Assembly: GCA_963678065.2 (NCBI GenBank)
Contig: CAXXVZ010000003.1
Coordinates: forward strand, 2,272,001 to 2,336,000
Direction: 5' to 3'
Length of the DNA stretch: 64,000 nucleotides
Source of the DNA: Treponemataceae bacterium
GTDB lineage: Bacteria > Spirochaetota > Spirochaetia > Treponematales > Rectinemataceae
Positions 29,551 through 39,360 of the stretch are shown here, piece after piece. How positions within the stretch are numbered: position 1 is the first letter of the stretch; each line of letters opens with the position of its first letter. Below the pieces are notes generated by a model, which saw only the letters and a program-made list of their open reading frames with translations, made no database searches and was not told where the DNA came from. The translations under genes and the position numbers were made by a program.

Positions 29551-30266
29551 GTATTGCCCCTCAGGTATGCATTGATCACTGCCTCATTGCTGCAGACTTC
29601 AGTCGGCGTCCCCTCAAACAAGACCTTCCCCGATGTCAGCACTACTACGCGATTCGATACCTTCATCACTACATCCATGTTGTGCTCGATGGTAAGGATC
29701 GTGATCCCGGAATCGTTGATCCGTCTGATGAACTCCACAGAATCTTTGCGCTCCGTAGCCGTGAGCCCGGCCATGGTCTCATCGAGCAACAGGAGCTTTG
29801 GCTCCGTCGCCAATGCCCTGGCGATTTCCAGCCGTTTTTTCTGACCGACATTCAGTTTGCCCGCGCTTACTTCCCTCAGGTGAGTTATTTGGCTCTGCTC
29901 CATGATCGCATTCGCCAATGCCTCCGCCTTCTCCATGTCGCCATGGTGGCAGAGCGCCCCGACGAGCACGTTCTCGAATACCGTCAATTCATTGATCGAT
30001 TGCGGAATCTGGAATGTGCGGCCTATTCCCAGCTTGCATATCTGAAACGACTTCTTTCCGGAGATTTCCTGGCCGTCGAAAACTATCGTGCCCCTCGACA
30101 GTGGGTGGACGCCGCTGATCGAGTTGAACAATGTCGTCTTGCCGGCCCCGTTCGGCCCCACGATCCCTACTATCTCGCCTTCTGTGACGTCGAAAGTGAT
30201 GGCTTCGTTGGCGATCAGTCCGCCGAATTTTTTCGTGGCGTCATTGACCTCGAGAATCTTGTTCAT
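29538..30266 (-). CDS. livG: Branched-chain amino acid-type ABC transporter ATPase
   Basis: FGGL-x-A, GPNGAGKTT, RTFQ, LEIARALA, IEHNM (family-level symbol). Confidence 0.92.
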   Translation of the reverse strand: MNKILEVNDATKKFGGLIANEAITFDVTEGEIVGIVGPNGAGKTTLFNSISGVHPLSRGTIVFDGQEISGKKSFQICKLGIGRTFQIPQSINELTVFENVLVGALCHHGDMEKAEALANAIMEQSQITHLREVSAGKLNVGQKKRLEIARALATEPKLLLLDETMAGLTATERKDSVEFIRRINDSGITILTIEHNMDVVMKVSNRVVVLTSGKVLFEGTPTEVCSNEAVINAYLRGNTCSK

Positions 30267-31255
30267 GCTGCCGTCCTTTCTCCGGCGCGTGGTTTCCCTG
30301 TCTTCTTCTTGATGAGGGAGAGCACGCCGTTGGGGAGGAACAATACAATGAAGATCACCAGGATGCCGTACAGGACCATGTCGAAACCACCGTACTTGCC
30401 GAGCTTCGCTCTTGAGTATTCGGATATGAACGTCAGTATGATGGCCCCTACGATGGGTCCTATGACCGTGCCCAATCCGCCCATGACAACGACCAATACA
30501 ATCATCATCGATACCTTCAGTGTCATCAGCATGGAGGGATCGATATACAGTATGAACTGCGCGTAGAGGCTCCCACCAAGGCTCACGATCCCTGCGCTCA
30601 GCATGTATGCGAGCATTTTGTACTTCGGCGTATCGATGCCCATGCTCTGAGCCGCCATCTCGTTGCCCTTGATCGCACGCAGGTAGTAACAAAATTTGGA
30701 TTTATCGAGATACTTCGTGAGCAGAAGCACGATGAGCGCGAAGCACAGGTATACATAATAGTATTGCAGATTGTTCTGGAACTGCATCGCGAATACTCGA
30801 TTGAGGTTCTTGTTGAAGAAGTAGACTCCGGTCGCCCCTCCGAGGGCTTTGGTGTTGAGGAATATTATTCGTGCGCATTCCGAGACCGCCATTGTGGCTA
30901 TCGCAAAAATATGGTCGCGCAAGCGCAGCAAGGGTTTTCCGATCAGGAACGCGATGATGACCGATATGAGCACGCCGATCCACATGGATATCCACGGAGT
31001 CAACTGGAACCATTGCATGGAGAGCGCGCAGGAATATGCCCCGAGCCCGAAGAAAAGCGAATGACCGTTGGAAATCTGCCCCGCGTAGCCGCCGATAAAG
31101 TTCCATCCCAGTCCCAGGATAGTCCATATGACCATCATCGTCATGACATGACGGGGAAAATTGCCGCTCAGCACCAAGGGGAGCGCGATGGCGGCCAGAA
31201 TAACCAGACCGATCAGAAGTACCTGGTTCTTTGTTCCGAAAATCGTTTTCCTCAT
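30263..31255 (-). CDS. livM: Branched-chain amino acid-type ABC permease
   Basis: GGYAGQIS-x-GH, LRLR-x-x-x-FAIAT, GGLGT-x-x-GP, PNG. Confidence 0.9.
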   Translation of the reverse strand: MRKTIFGTKNQVLLIGLVILAAIALPLVLSGNFPRHVMTMMVIWTILGLGWNFIGGYAGQISNGHSLFFGLGAYSCALSMQWFQLTPWISMWIGVLISVIIAFLIGKPLLRLRDHIFAIATMAVSECARIIFLNTKALGGATGVYFFNKNLNRVFAMQFQNNLQYYYVYLCFALIVLLLTKYLDKSKFCYYLRAIKGNEMAAQSMGIDTPKYKMLAYMLSAGIVSLGGSLYAQFILYIDPSMLMTLKVSMMIVLVVVMGGLGTVIGPIVGAIILTFISEYSRAKLGKYGGFDMVLYGILVIFIVLFLPNGVLSLIKKKTGKPRAGERTAA

Positions 31256-31259
31256 TCCA

Positions 31260-32111
31260 TCACCTCCCGAAAATCCCTTTTGGCCTGAAGGAAACGACGA
31301 CGATGAAAGCGACGCATACGCCGAGGTATTTGAAAGCGGTACTCAGGTAGACACCCGTGAAAGTATCGACGATCCCCATTATCAAGCCCCCGAGGAATGC
31401 GCCGGTGATGCTGCCGAAGCCGCCCATCGAAACCACGATAAAACCGAAAAGTTGAAAATTCGCTCCCACGCCGGGAAAAATGTAGTAGAAATACGTTAGC
31501 GCGCATCCCGCGGCTCCGGCGATCGCGCTCGCGAGCGAAAATGCGAGGGCGTACGAGCGCTCCGTATTGATTCCGACCAGCGCGGCGGCTTCCTTGTCCA
31601 TCGCCGTCGCCTTTATCGCCTTGCCTGTCCTGGTGTTGCCGAGGAAATAAAACATGCAGCCGGCTATGACCATGGCGGCAACGAACGGAACAAGCTTCTG
31701 CTTCGAGACCATGAGCCATCCCAGGTTGATCGTGCCTTTGAACGCGACGTTTCTTATCGTCTTGAATTCTCCACCCAGAAGAAGAAGTACCAGGTTTATC
31801 AACACCATGCTCAAGGCGAATGTGATCAATCGCTGCGACAGTACGGGACCTTTGAGAGCCTTGACGATTATCGTCTTGTAGATCACGTATCCGAACAGGA
31901 ACATCACGACCGCGCATATCGGAAGGGCGACGAGCGGATCCATCTTGAAGAATTTGTTGAGGTAGAAAGACAGGAACATTCCGATCATCAGGAACTCGCC
32001 CTGGGAGAAACTGAGGATATTCATGACTCCCCAGACGAGAGCGATGCCCATGGCAACCAAGGCCAATATCGCCCCGTTTATCAAACCTTCGAACAATGCC
32101 TGCACGAACAT
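31260..32111 (-). CDS. livH: Branched-chain amino acid-type ABC permease
   Basis: AMGIALVWGVM, GEFLM, TRTGKAIKA, GGFGSI-x-GA, RPKGIFG. Confidence 0.9.
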   Translation of the reverse strand: MFVQALFEGLINGAILALVAMGIALVWGVMNILSFSQGEFLMIGMFLSFYLNKFFKMDPLVALPICAVVMFLFGYVIYKTIIVKALKGPVLSQRLITFALSMVLINLVLLLLGGEFKTIRNVAFKGTINLGWLMVSKQKLVPFVAAMVIAGCMFYFLGNTRTGKAIKATAMDKEAAALVGINTERSYALAFSLASAIAGAAGCALTYFYYIFPGVGANFQLFGFIVVSMGGFGSITGAFLGGLIMGIVDTFTGVYLSTAFKYLGVCVAFIVVVSFRPKGIFGR

Positions 32112-32220
32112 ATCCGTTGCTCCTCAATCGGTCTGGAAAAATCATTCGACAACGACATGGAGATGGTCGGCTCCCCGCCCCTCTCCTGTTCGGGAGGGAC
32201 GGGATCATGATTCCGATTTT

Positions 32221-32242
32221 GCGGGAGGCGATAACCTCCCGC
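32221..32242 (-). terminator. GC stem-loop after the SBP gene (mRNA stabiliser or attenuator)
   Basis: GCGGGAGG-CGATAA-CCTCCCGC, with a second GC hairpin at ~32174-32203. Confidence 0.5.
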
Positions 32243-32250
32243 ATGGCAGC

Positions 32251-33522
32251 TTACCTTTTGTTCCAGGCGGGCATTATGAAGACCGGGTCCGCAGCCTGAG
32301 CTTTCGCGGGATATACGGTTTTGTATTTCCCTCCCAGCATCTGCATGATGACTCCTGCGGATGAGGTATTCTGGCCTCTCGCATCCATCGTGACGGCATC
32401 CCAGGGCATCATCCACTTCGACATGTCGAGTTTCAGGTTCATGAGGGCTTTCTTCAATGCGTTGGCTTCGGTTGTCCCGGCCTGGTTGATGGCGATGGCG
32501 AGGATGAGCACATTGCTTGCATCTTTGACGTGACCCTCATTGAGGTCGACTCCATTGGAATACTTCGAAGGATAGAGTTTGACGATTTCCTTGCTCGAAG
32601 GCAGGGCGAGATCCGAAGACCATCCACCCGTGGTGCAGATATACTCGGTATCTTTTCCGAGTGCGTCCAGGAAATCCTGCTGGACGAATCCACCGCGCTG
32701 GCCGATGAGCATCCTGGGTACCCAGTTCTGCTCTTTGATTGTGTTGAGGAACAGAATCCCGTCCGAAGTATAGGAAGCCATGATAAGGACATCGGGATTG
32801 GCTTTTTTGATTTTCAGCGCTTCCGAGGTCAGGTTGGTGGAGTTGGATGGATAGATGATGTTTGCGACCACTTCCATGCCGAATTCTTTCGCGTACTTGA
32901 CTTCCTGCTTGACGATGTTCGCGCCGAATTCCGTGTCCTCGGACATGAACGCGACGGTTTTCATACCGGCTTTCTTCGTCTTGTTCAGGCCATCGACGAA
33001 GGCGAAAGTATCCTTGATATAGGTCGCATCATTGAGCCCGAAGCGGAAATACCAACTCAAATCAGTGGTGCCGTCAGTGAGGGATACTGCTGATCCGGCC
33101 GTCAGGAGCGGTATCTTGTACTGTTCGGTCACGACAGCAACGGCCTTCGTGATGGCGCTCGTGTACTGCCCGGTGATGGCGACCACGTGCTGCTCTGCGA
33201 TAAGCCGTTTCGCTTCGGCGACCGCGATCTCTGGATCGCTCTTATGATCGGCTACCACCAGTTGAATCCTTGCGCCGTTCAGGTTTGGAAGGCCTTTGCC
33301 AGGGCCGAGTTCCAGCGAGGACTGCGGGTAGTCGTCATTAATGAGATCCACTATCATCTGGGCCGCCGCGAGGCACTGCTTGCCGTAATTCGCGTTGTTG
33401 CCCGAAAGCGGAGTCAAAAAACCTATTTTAATCACGTTCGTGGAATCATTGGTGGCAGCCGACAGTCCAACAACTAAAAGAGTGCAGAGCATCAAGAAGA
33501 TAAGTCCCTTTCTTCCGAACAT
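32251..33522 (-). CDS. LivK-type ABC substrate-binding protein
   Basis: Signal peptide, IKIGFLTPLSG, ADH-x-SDP, FRFG, EDTEFG; GGGAGG RBS before ATG 33522. Confidence 0.9.
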   Translation of the reverse strand: MFGRKGLIFLMLCTLLVVGLSAATNDSTNVIKIGFLTPLSGNNANYGKQCLAAAQMIVDLINDDYPQSSLELGPGKGLPNLNGARIQLVVADHKSDPEIAVAEAKRLIAEQHVVAITGQYTSAITKAVAVVTEQYKIPLLTAGSAVSLTDGTTDLSWYFRFGLNDATYIKDTFAFVDGLNKTKKAGMKTVAFMSEDTEFGANIVKQEVKYAKEFGMEVVANIIYPSNSTNLTSEALKIKKANPDVLIMASYTSDGILFLNTIKEQNWVPRMLIGQRGGFVQQDFLDALGKDTEYICTTGGWSSDLALPSSKEIVKLYPSKYSNGVDLNEGHVKDASNVLILAIAINQAGTTEANALKKALMNLKLDMSKWMMPWDAVTMDARGQNTSSAGVIMQMLGGKYKTVYPAKAQAADPVFIMPAWNKR

Positions 33523-33622
33523 ATTACAGCCTCCCTTACGCATCGTGAACTGAGTGAATTGGATCTGGATCCCGAGATGAAAGCGTTTCAATAGAAAACT
33601 CATAAAAGGCAACATCCATTCA

Positions 33623-33636
33623 TCTTGCATGCAAGA
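33623..33636. promoter_or_regulatory. Perfect palindrome TCTTGCATGCAAGA, candidate GntR/FCD operator
   Basis: 14-bp palindrome ~100 bp upstream of the first gene of the 17-gene cluster, which encodes a GntR. Confidence 0.55.
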
Positions 33637-33869
33637 CGTATAAAGCTTTTCTCACCTCCTTCAAAGAATTACCAAAACTATTAAACCCTATTTGGGGGAG
33701 ATAAACAGAAAGTTGATAAAGTGGAGTATATAGGCACATTCCGAATTGTCAAGCGAAAAAATCAACAATTTTGTTCCGATACATCAGCACCCAGATTTTC
33801 AGACTGTGGGAGGGATCCACACCGAAGGGAGCGAGCACAACCAATGTGCCCGGATCGCCCCGATGATTC

Positions 33870-34160
33870 AATACCTCAGAAGGATTCGTTATCTACGAAA
33901 CCAGAAAAAAATGACCATACTCGAATTGCCGAATGAACGAACCCCGGAGCAGAGCTCCGAGGTATCGTTCGTTCTGTAAGGAATGGATTGTATGCAGGTC
34001 CATACCCGATAGTCACTTCACAAGAAAGAGCGAAGCTGAGCTTCGGGGTATGGACCCGCATGCGAATCAGGCTGGAATCGCCCGTAGCACGATTTACTAC
34101 ATGGAGAGCAAGCAAAAAGAACCGACACTCGAAACGCTCTTTCGTGTTCGGCTGATTCTT
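33870..34160 (+). pseudogene. Two XRE-family HTH remnants
   Basis: RRIRYLRNQKKMTILEL and ANQAGIARSTIYYMESKQKEPTLETLFRV in broken frames. Confidence 0.5.
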
Positions 34161-34228
34161 GTGAGGACAAAAACCCCGGCACCGAATACGGCGCCGGGGG
34201 GTGATCACGGGGATGCTGCCGGTCCAGA

Positions 34229-35314
34229 TTAGCCTCGTTTCTTGTAGAAATCGGCCATGAACGAGGCTGCGTCCTTGATGCTGTCGACCATGTTGGCATT
34301 GTAGGTGGAGAAACGAATACTGCCGGTGGAGCGGTGACCCTTCACGCCGACGATGCCCGCCGCCTTGGCTTCCTTCACGAACACCTCCTCCATCGCCTCG
34401 TCGGGAAGGCGGAAGACGACGTTCATCTCGGAACGAGAATCCTTCGCGACCGGTCCGCGGTAGAATCCGCCGGAAGCATCGATCACACCATAGATTATGG
34501 CCGCCTTTTCCCTGTTGATCTTTGCCATCGCCTCAAGTCCGCCCATCTTGAGGAGCCACTTCAGGGTCAGGTTGAGGACGTAGATCGAGAAGCCGGGGGG
34601 CGTGTTGTACAGCGAGTTGTTGTCGGCATGTGTGCGGTACGAGAGCATCGTCGGGAGCCTGGCCTGTTTCTGCGCCCTGTCGAGGAATGCGTCGCGGACG
34701 GTGACGCCGGAAGGCCCGAGGTTCTTCTGCGCGCCTGCGTAGATCAAGGCGAACCTGTCGGCCGGGAACGGTCGGGAGAAGATGTCGCTCGACATGTCGC
34801 AGACGAGGGGTACTTTCCCGACTTCGGGCCAGCAATGCCACTGGCTGCCGAAGAGGGTGTTGTTGCTGGTGAAGTGTGCGTACGTCGAGACAGGATCGAC
34901 CTTTATCTCGTCCGGCCGGAGGATGCGTGTGAAGGTGGCGTCGGGATTCTCGGTGCTGGAGGAGTTGCAGAGCCCGAAGCGCTTTGCTTCCTTGAGCGCG
35001 AACTTGGACCAGTTGCCCGTTACGAGGTATGACGCCTTGCGGCCGTCGAACAGGTAGTTCATGGGCAGCATGAAGAATTGGCTCGAGGCTTCGCCGGTGA
35101 GGAAGAGTATCTTCCATTCGGGACCCATGCCTGCCAGCTTACGGAACATGTCCTGGGCCTCGTTGTGCATCGCCTCGTATTCCTTGGAGCGGTGGGACAC
35201 TTCCATGACGGACATGCCGGTACCCTGCCAGTCGAGCATTTCGGCCTGTGCTGCCTGGAGCACTTCGAGGGGGATCACAGCGGGGCCGGCGTTAAAATTG
35301 ATGACGCGCTTCAT
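34229..35314 (-). CDS. serC: Phosphoserine aminotransferase (possibly decaying copy)
   Basis: INFNAGPA, EVSHRS, DMSSDI, AGAQKNLGPSG, SLYNTPP, KGHRS; some motif deviations and no clear RBS. Confidence 0.88.
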   Translation of the reverse strand: MKRVINFNAGPAVIPLEVLQAAQAEMLDWQGTGMSVMEVSHRSKEYEAMHNEAQDMFRKLAGMGPEWKILFLTGEASSQFFMLPMNYLFDGRKASYLVTGNWSKFALKEAKRFGLCNSSSTENPDATFTRILRPDEIKVDPVSTYAHFTSNNTLFGSQWHCWPEVGKVPLVCDMSSDIFSRPFPADRFALIYAGAQKNLGPSGVTVRDAFLDRAQKQARLPTMLSYRTHADNNSLYNTPPGFSIYVLNLTLKWLLKMGGLEAMAKINREKAAIIYGVIDASGGFYRGPVAKDSRSEMNVVFRLPDEAMEEVFVKEAKAAGIVGVKGHRSTGSIRFSTYNANMVDSIKDAASFMADFYKKRG

Positions 35315-35349
35315 TGCAGGATTTTTTTTTGCCCCTCCGCGTCGCGGCG

Positions 35350-35470
35350 GAGAGGCCGGGTTGTGTTCCATAATCGAAGTCATCCAGCATCCTGATGGCA
35401 GGGAGCTTCGCGGTGAACAATCCCATGATGATCCTACGCTGGTCCTTTCGGGCGACCTCCGCTTCATAAA
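35350..35470 (-). mobile_element. IS21 istB N-terminal remnant
   Basis: EAEVARKDQRRI...AKLPAIRMLDDFDYGTQPGL resembles the IstB N-terminus. Confidence 0.65.
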
Positions 35471-35582
35471 AAGGATTGCCTACCTCAGTTATCAAAAGAC
35501 CTTATCGGAATTCATGAGTTACGTAGATTACATTCCCTTGTTTCCATATGCCAAAGAACATTCCTCCTTATAGCCCGCTATA

Positions 35583-36575
35583 TTACTTTGGAAATTCTGC
35601 GTTCGCTATAAATGGGTTTGCCAATGCCATGCAGGCATCAAACAAGGGGACTGGCACCATGTTTGCATGAGCCAGCCTGGCAGTGTTGACGACCAGGTTG
35701 GGAACATCCAAGGTTATATATCTGCTTGACAGGCCAAATCCGCGGATCTCGTAGTAAGGGCATTCCGGGGTATGGATATATTCGAAAATCGTCCGGGCGC
35801 TGTTGTTGCCATAATATGATTTCAGTTGAGTCAGCACGGGCTCGAGTTCGAGGCCGAGCGAACTGCCGACCGCGAGACGCTCTTCATCCATCAGGTGCAT
35901 CAGGCATGATACCTGCTCGTCTACTCCATCGATGAAATGCCTAAATGTATCCGGAGATCGTTGGACCGTGGCCAGGTTCAGTAGGATGGGAAGGGGGTGG
36001 AGTATCGAGTTAATGTTTTCAAGACTGGTCTCGATCGTATTCGACGCGAGAGAAAGCATGGGCAGGAAATCCTTAAGCAGAGCAAGAGCCGGTATATCAG
36101 TATGGCTTTTATAGGTAGCATACTTCAGCTTCTTCTTGCGTTTATGGATATGAATGATTCCATCCGCTTTCATGCTGCATACCACGGGAGATGATGTCAT
36201 CTCGCATATACTAACATTATTATTACCTACTTCCCGGAATATCCTGGCGACCGGTTCTGCCATGAAATATCCCGGGAACATCACCAAGAGCTGGCCTAAT
36301 TCCATGAAGCTGGCAATTTTCATTGCGGACTGGAGCAGTTCCTCTCCTGTCTGGGAAGTCACCACGTATATCGCATCGCCGATTCTTCTCCAGTCCGAAG
36401 TGCAGGCACAGGTGAAGGACGTCAATATTCCGCCTTCCTCGGCCTGGAACGTGATGGAAGATGAAAAACACTGATCATCAAGGAACAGAACCGAGGCACC
36501 ATGCCGTAGGAACTCGACAGCGACAGCTTTGGCGAACATCGAGGTACCGACAATTGCCACCGTCTTTTCTCTCAT
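35583..36575 (-). CDS. NAD/NADP octopine/nopaline (opine) dehydrogenase family protein
   Basis: ETSLENINSILHP, MDEERLAVG, SRYITLDVP, VPVPLFDA; the N-terminal Gly-rich motif is degenerate. Confidence 0.75.
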   Translation of the reverse strand: MREKTVAIVGTSMFAKAVAVEFLRHGASVLFLDDQCFSSSITFQAEEGGILTSFTCACTSDWRRIGDAIYVVTSQTGEELLQSAMKIASFMELGQLLVMFPGYFMAEPVARIFREVGNNNVSICEMTSSPVVCSMKADGIIHIHKRKKKLKYATYKSHTDIPALALLKDFLPMLSLASNTIETSLENINSILHPLPILLNLATVQRSPDTFRHFIDGVDEQVSCLMHLMDEERLAVGSSLGLELEPVLTQLKSYYGNNSARTIFEYIHTPECPYYEIRGFGLSSRYITLDVPNLVVNTARLAHANMVPVPLFDACMALANPFIANAEFPK

Positions 36576-36581
36576 GGTGGT

Positions 36582-37283
36582 TCAATCCTCCTTGCTTTTC
36601 CGCAAGACTGTCAGGGCATCCTGCGATTCGGACAGGGATTTATTTATAATGCCTCTGACCGCAGTGGTATCTTTCTTCGCAAACGCTTCAATGAGCGATG
36701 AATGCCAGGAATAGGTCTGCTTCCTGATGTATTCAAGCTTGTTGACGCTCACCTCGTACTTCTTGAATAAATCTCTGATCGACTGATGCATAGTCACCAG
36801 GATGGTGTTGTCGGATATCTCGGCGACAAGTTCATGGAACTGGTCATCAAGGATCCAATAGCTGTTCTCGTCGTTTGACTTTTCCAGCATTTGGTCGTTC
36901 AATTTTTGGAGTTTCTCGAGATGCTGGGGGTTAGCCCGAAGGCAGGCAAGCACTGCTATTTCAGCCTCGATCACCATCCTTGCCTCATAAAGCTTTCGTA
37001 TTTCCCAAGTCTCGAGAAGCATAGGAGCGAGCGTCGCTTTCACCGTAGAGACAGACGCCTGGGCAACGAATATGCCATACTTGCCGCGGGTCAATAACCC
37101 AAGTCCGATCAATTGCCCTATTGCCTCGCGCACTGTTGGGCGCCCGACTCCCAAAGATTCACTGAGAGCAACCTCGCCAGGGAGTTTGTCCCCGGGAAGA
37201 AGTTCACCGGCGGATATTTTGTTGTATAGATCCTCGACAACTTTATCCACGAGACGGGTTTTTGATATTTTGAGGAATTTCAT
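36582..37283 (-). CDS. FadR/GntR-family regulator
   Basis: PGDKLPGE, GVGRPTVREA, EARMVIE, DDQFH. Confidence 0.92.
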   Translation of the reverse strand: MKFLKISKTRLVDKVVEDLYNKISAGELLPGDKLPGEVALSESLGVGRPTVREAIGQLIGLGLLTRGKYGIFVAQASVSTVKATLAPMLLETWEIRKLYEARMVIEAEIAVLACLRANPQHLEKLQKLNDQMLEKSNDENSYWILDDQFHELVAEISDNTILVTMHQSIRDLFKKYEVSVNKLEYIRKQTYSWHSSLIEAFAKKDTTAVRGIINKSLSESQDALTVLRKSKED

Positions 37284-38773
37284 CCTTGATCCTTTGATTC
37301 AGAACTGGTTTTTTGCAGTTGGGGCTTTGCTCGTGCAAAGATCAGGACCATCACTATTGCGAATGCTACGATGATGAGCCCAACCGGTCGAGACAAGATA
37401 TAGTCGAACCCCAGTACAGCTGTCTGTCGAAAATACGTCTCGAGCCTGTTGCCCAGGATGAGACCCAACACAAATGGAGGAACAGGGAAGTCGATTTTCC
37501 GTGCAAGGAAACCAAGTACTCCGAACGCCATCATGGTCCATAAATCGAACAGTGAATTCCTGATGACGAGCGATCCGAGTATGCAGAGAAACAGAATAAA
37601 AGGTGCCAGCCACCGGTAGGGAATTCTGGTAATTCTTATCCAGATGCCTGAAAGCGGAATGTTCAGAACCAGCAGGATTATGTTGGATATGAAGAAAGCC
37701 GCGATAACCGTACCAGTCAGGTTTTTATAAACTGTGAACATCAAGGGTCCCGGGACGACGCCCTGAATGATGAGTGCGGCCAGAACGATTGCGAGCACTG
37801 GCCCGGTCGGGATTCCTAACGCCATCAGAGGAATGAACCCAGACATTGCCGCTGCATTGTCTGCAGCCTCGCTGCACGAGCAGCCTTCGATCGCCCCTTT
37901 CCCGAACTTGTCTTTTTCTCTGCCGAATCGTTTTGCCAGCGAATAGCTGATGAAAGATGAGACAGAGGGTGTAATTCCCGGCAGAATGCCGAGGGCCGTG
38001 CCTATGACTGCTCCGGTCCCGGCGGCTGGTGCCGCGAGGCCCAACTCATGCCTGCTGGGCATCAGCGAGCCGAATTTTTTATTCACTATGGTGACCGCAT
38101 GGTCGTCATTCAGTATGCCATCGAGCACCTCGGTAATCCCGAACAAGCCCACGACGATCGCGACAACATCGAACCCTTGCACCAATTGAATTGATCCAAA
38201 GGTGAGCCGGGACGTGGCGGAATTCATGTCGACACCGACCATGGCTATCAGCAATCCCATGAACGCGGCTATGAAACCTTTTATGATGGAGCCGCCCCCC
38301 AGGCCCGCAGCGCATGAAAGGCTGAAGATCATCAATGCCAGGTACTCGAACGGTCCGAGCTTCAAGGCCAGATCCGCAAGCACTGGCGCAAAGAAGAGCA
38401 GACAGATCATCGCCACCAAACCGCCGGTGAATGAAGATAGCATACAGATCACCATGGTCTGTCCGCCTCGACCCTGCTTCATCAGCGGATAGCCTTCGAT
38501 GGCAGTAGGAACCGCAGCGACCTCGCCCGGTATATTCAGCAGGATGGCCGTGACAGCCCCTCCGAACATGGCTCCGTAATAGACGCCGCCGAGACCTATC
38601 ATTACCTGAGCTGACGACAGCAGCATGGCGAAGGGAAACAACAAGGCTACCGCGGCTGTAGGGCCCAACCCCGGCAGCACTCCAACCAACGTGCCGATGA
38701 AACATCCCACAATAGACACGAGAAGATTCTGTAAACCCAGTGCAGAAGCGAATCCCTGAAGTATCCAATCCAT
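37280..38773 (-). CDS. tctA: Tripartite tricarboxylate transporter permease TctA
   Basis: GTLVGVLPGLGP, ILLNIPG, EAADNAA, LALGIP-like motif, PGPLMF. Confidence 0.93.
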   Translation of the reverse strand: MDWILQGFASALGLQNLLVSIVGCFIGTLVGVLPGLGPTAAVALLFPFAMLLSSAQVMIGLGGVYYGAMFGGAVTAILLNIPGEVAAVPTAIEGYPLMKQGRGGQTMVICMLSSFTGGLVAMICLLFFAPVLADLALKLGPFEYLALMIFSLSCAAGLGGGSIIKGFIAAFMGLLIAMVGVDMNSATSRLTFGSIQLVQGFDVVAIVVGLFGITEVLDGILNDDHAVTIVNKKFGSLMPSRHELGLAAPAAGTGAVIGTALGILPGITPSVSSFISYSLAKRFGREKDKFGKGAIEGCSCSEAADNAAAMSGFIPLMALGIPTGPVLAIVLAALIIQGVVPGPLMFTVYKNLTGTVIAAFFISNIILLVLNIPLSGIWIRITRIPYRWLAPFILFLCILGSLVIRNSLFDLWTMMAFGVLGFLARKIDFPVPPFVLGLILGNRLETYFRQTAVLGFDYILSRPVGLIIVAFAIVMVLIFARAKPQLQKTSSESKDQG

Positions 38774-38787
38774 GGAAAATCTCCCAC

Positions 38788-39339
38788 TTACACGCCAAAT
38801 ATTCCCTTGGGTACCGATATCCCGACTATCGGAAGGCCGAATGACAGGATAGGAAACATCACAACGCAGGTGAATAGTATCCTGCGGACAGGATTCTGGA
38901 GCAGCCAGAGGTTTACCGCAAGGTACAGAAGAGAGGCGATGGTGAATCCCAGGGGCTTTATCAACAACACATATCCGACACAGAGCAGGAAGCTCAGACA
39001 GGTTTTCCAGAGACGCGAAGAATCTTTTGGCAGCTTCCCGCCCGCATCAGGCTCCGCTTTATCAGCCTGGGAGGAGACGGGCACCATGTCGGAATTACTT
39101 CTCCGCCGGCGATAATCGCGACGCAGCCATCCACATAGGCCGGCAATGGCTCCAATCAATGAAAAACCCACCATGCCTACGCCGACCACCATCATGTATC
39201 CGCCTGGCCCGGCAATGAAACTCTCGCTTGTATATTTGACGCCAACCCGGATCGCTTCGACGATCGCGATACTACCGAACACGCCCGCAAGCAACAGATG
39301 ACTGTACTTGCCGAGCCAGCTGGAACTATTCTTATTCAT
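38788..39339 (-). CDS. tctB: Tripartite tricarboxylate transporter TctB
   Basis: Four TM segments, GPG motif, LGF, C-terminal PKG; lies between tctC and tctA. Confidence 0.8.
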   Translation of the reverse strand: MNKNSSSWLGKYSHLLLAGVFGSIAIVEAIRVGVKYTSESFIAGPGGYMMVVGVGMVGFSLIGAIAGLCGWLRRDYRRRRSNSDMVPVSSQADKAEPDAGGKLPKDSSRLWKTCLSFLLCVGYVLLIKPLGFTIASLLYLAVNLWLLQNPVRRILFTCVVMFPILSFGLPIVGISVPKGIFGV

Positions 39340-39360
39340 GGCACCCCCAGTCGGCTTGGA

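Noticed and set aside
35321..35357. Rho-independent terminator before serC
   Set aside because: The T-run precedes the hairpin on + and an A-run follows it on -, so the geometry is wrong for either strand
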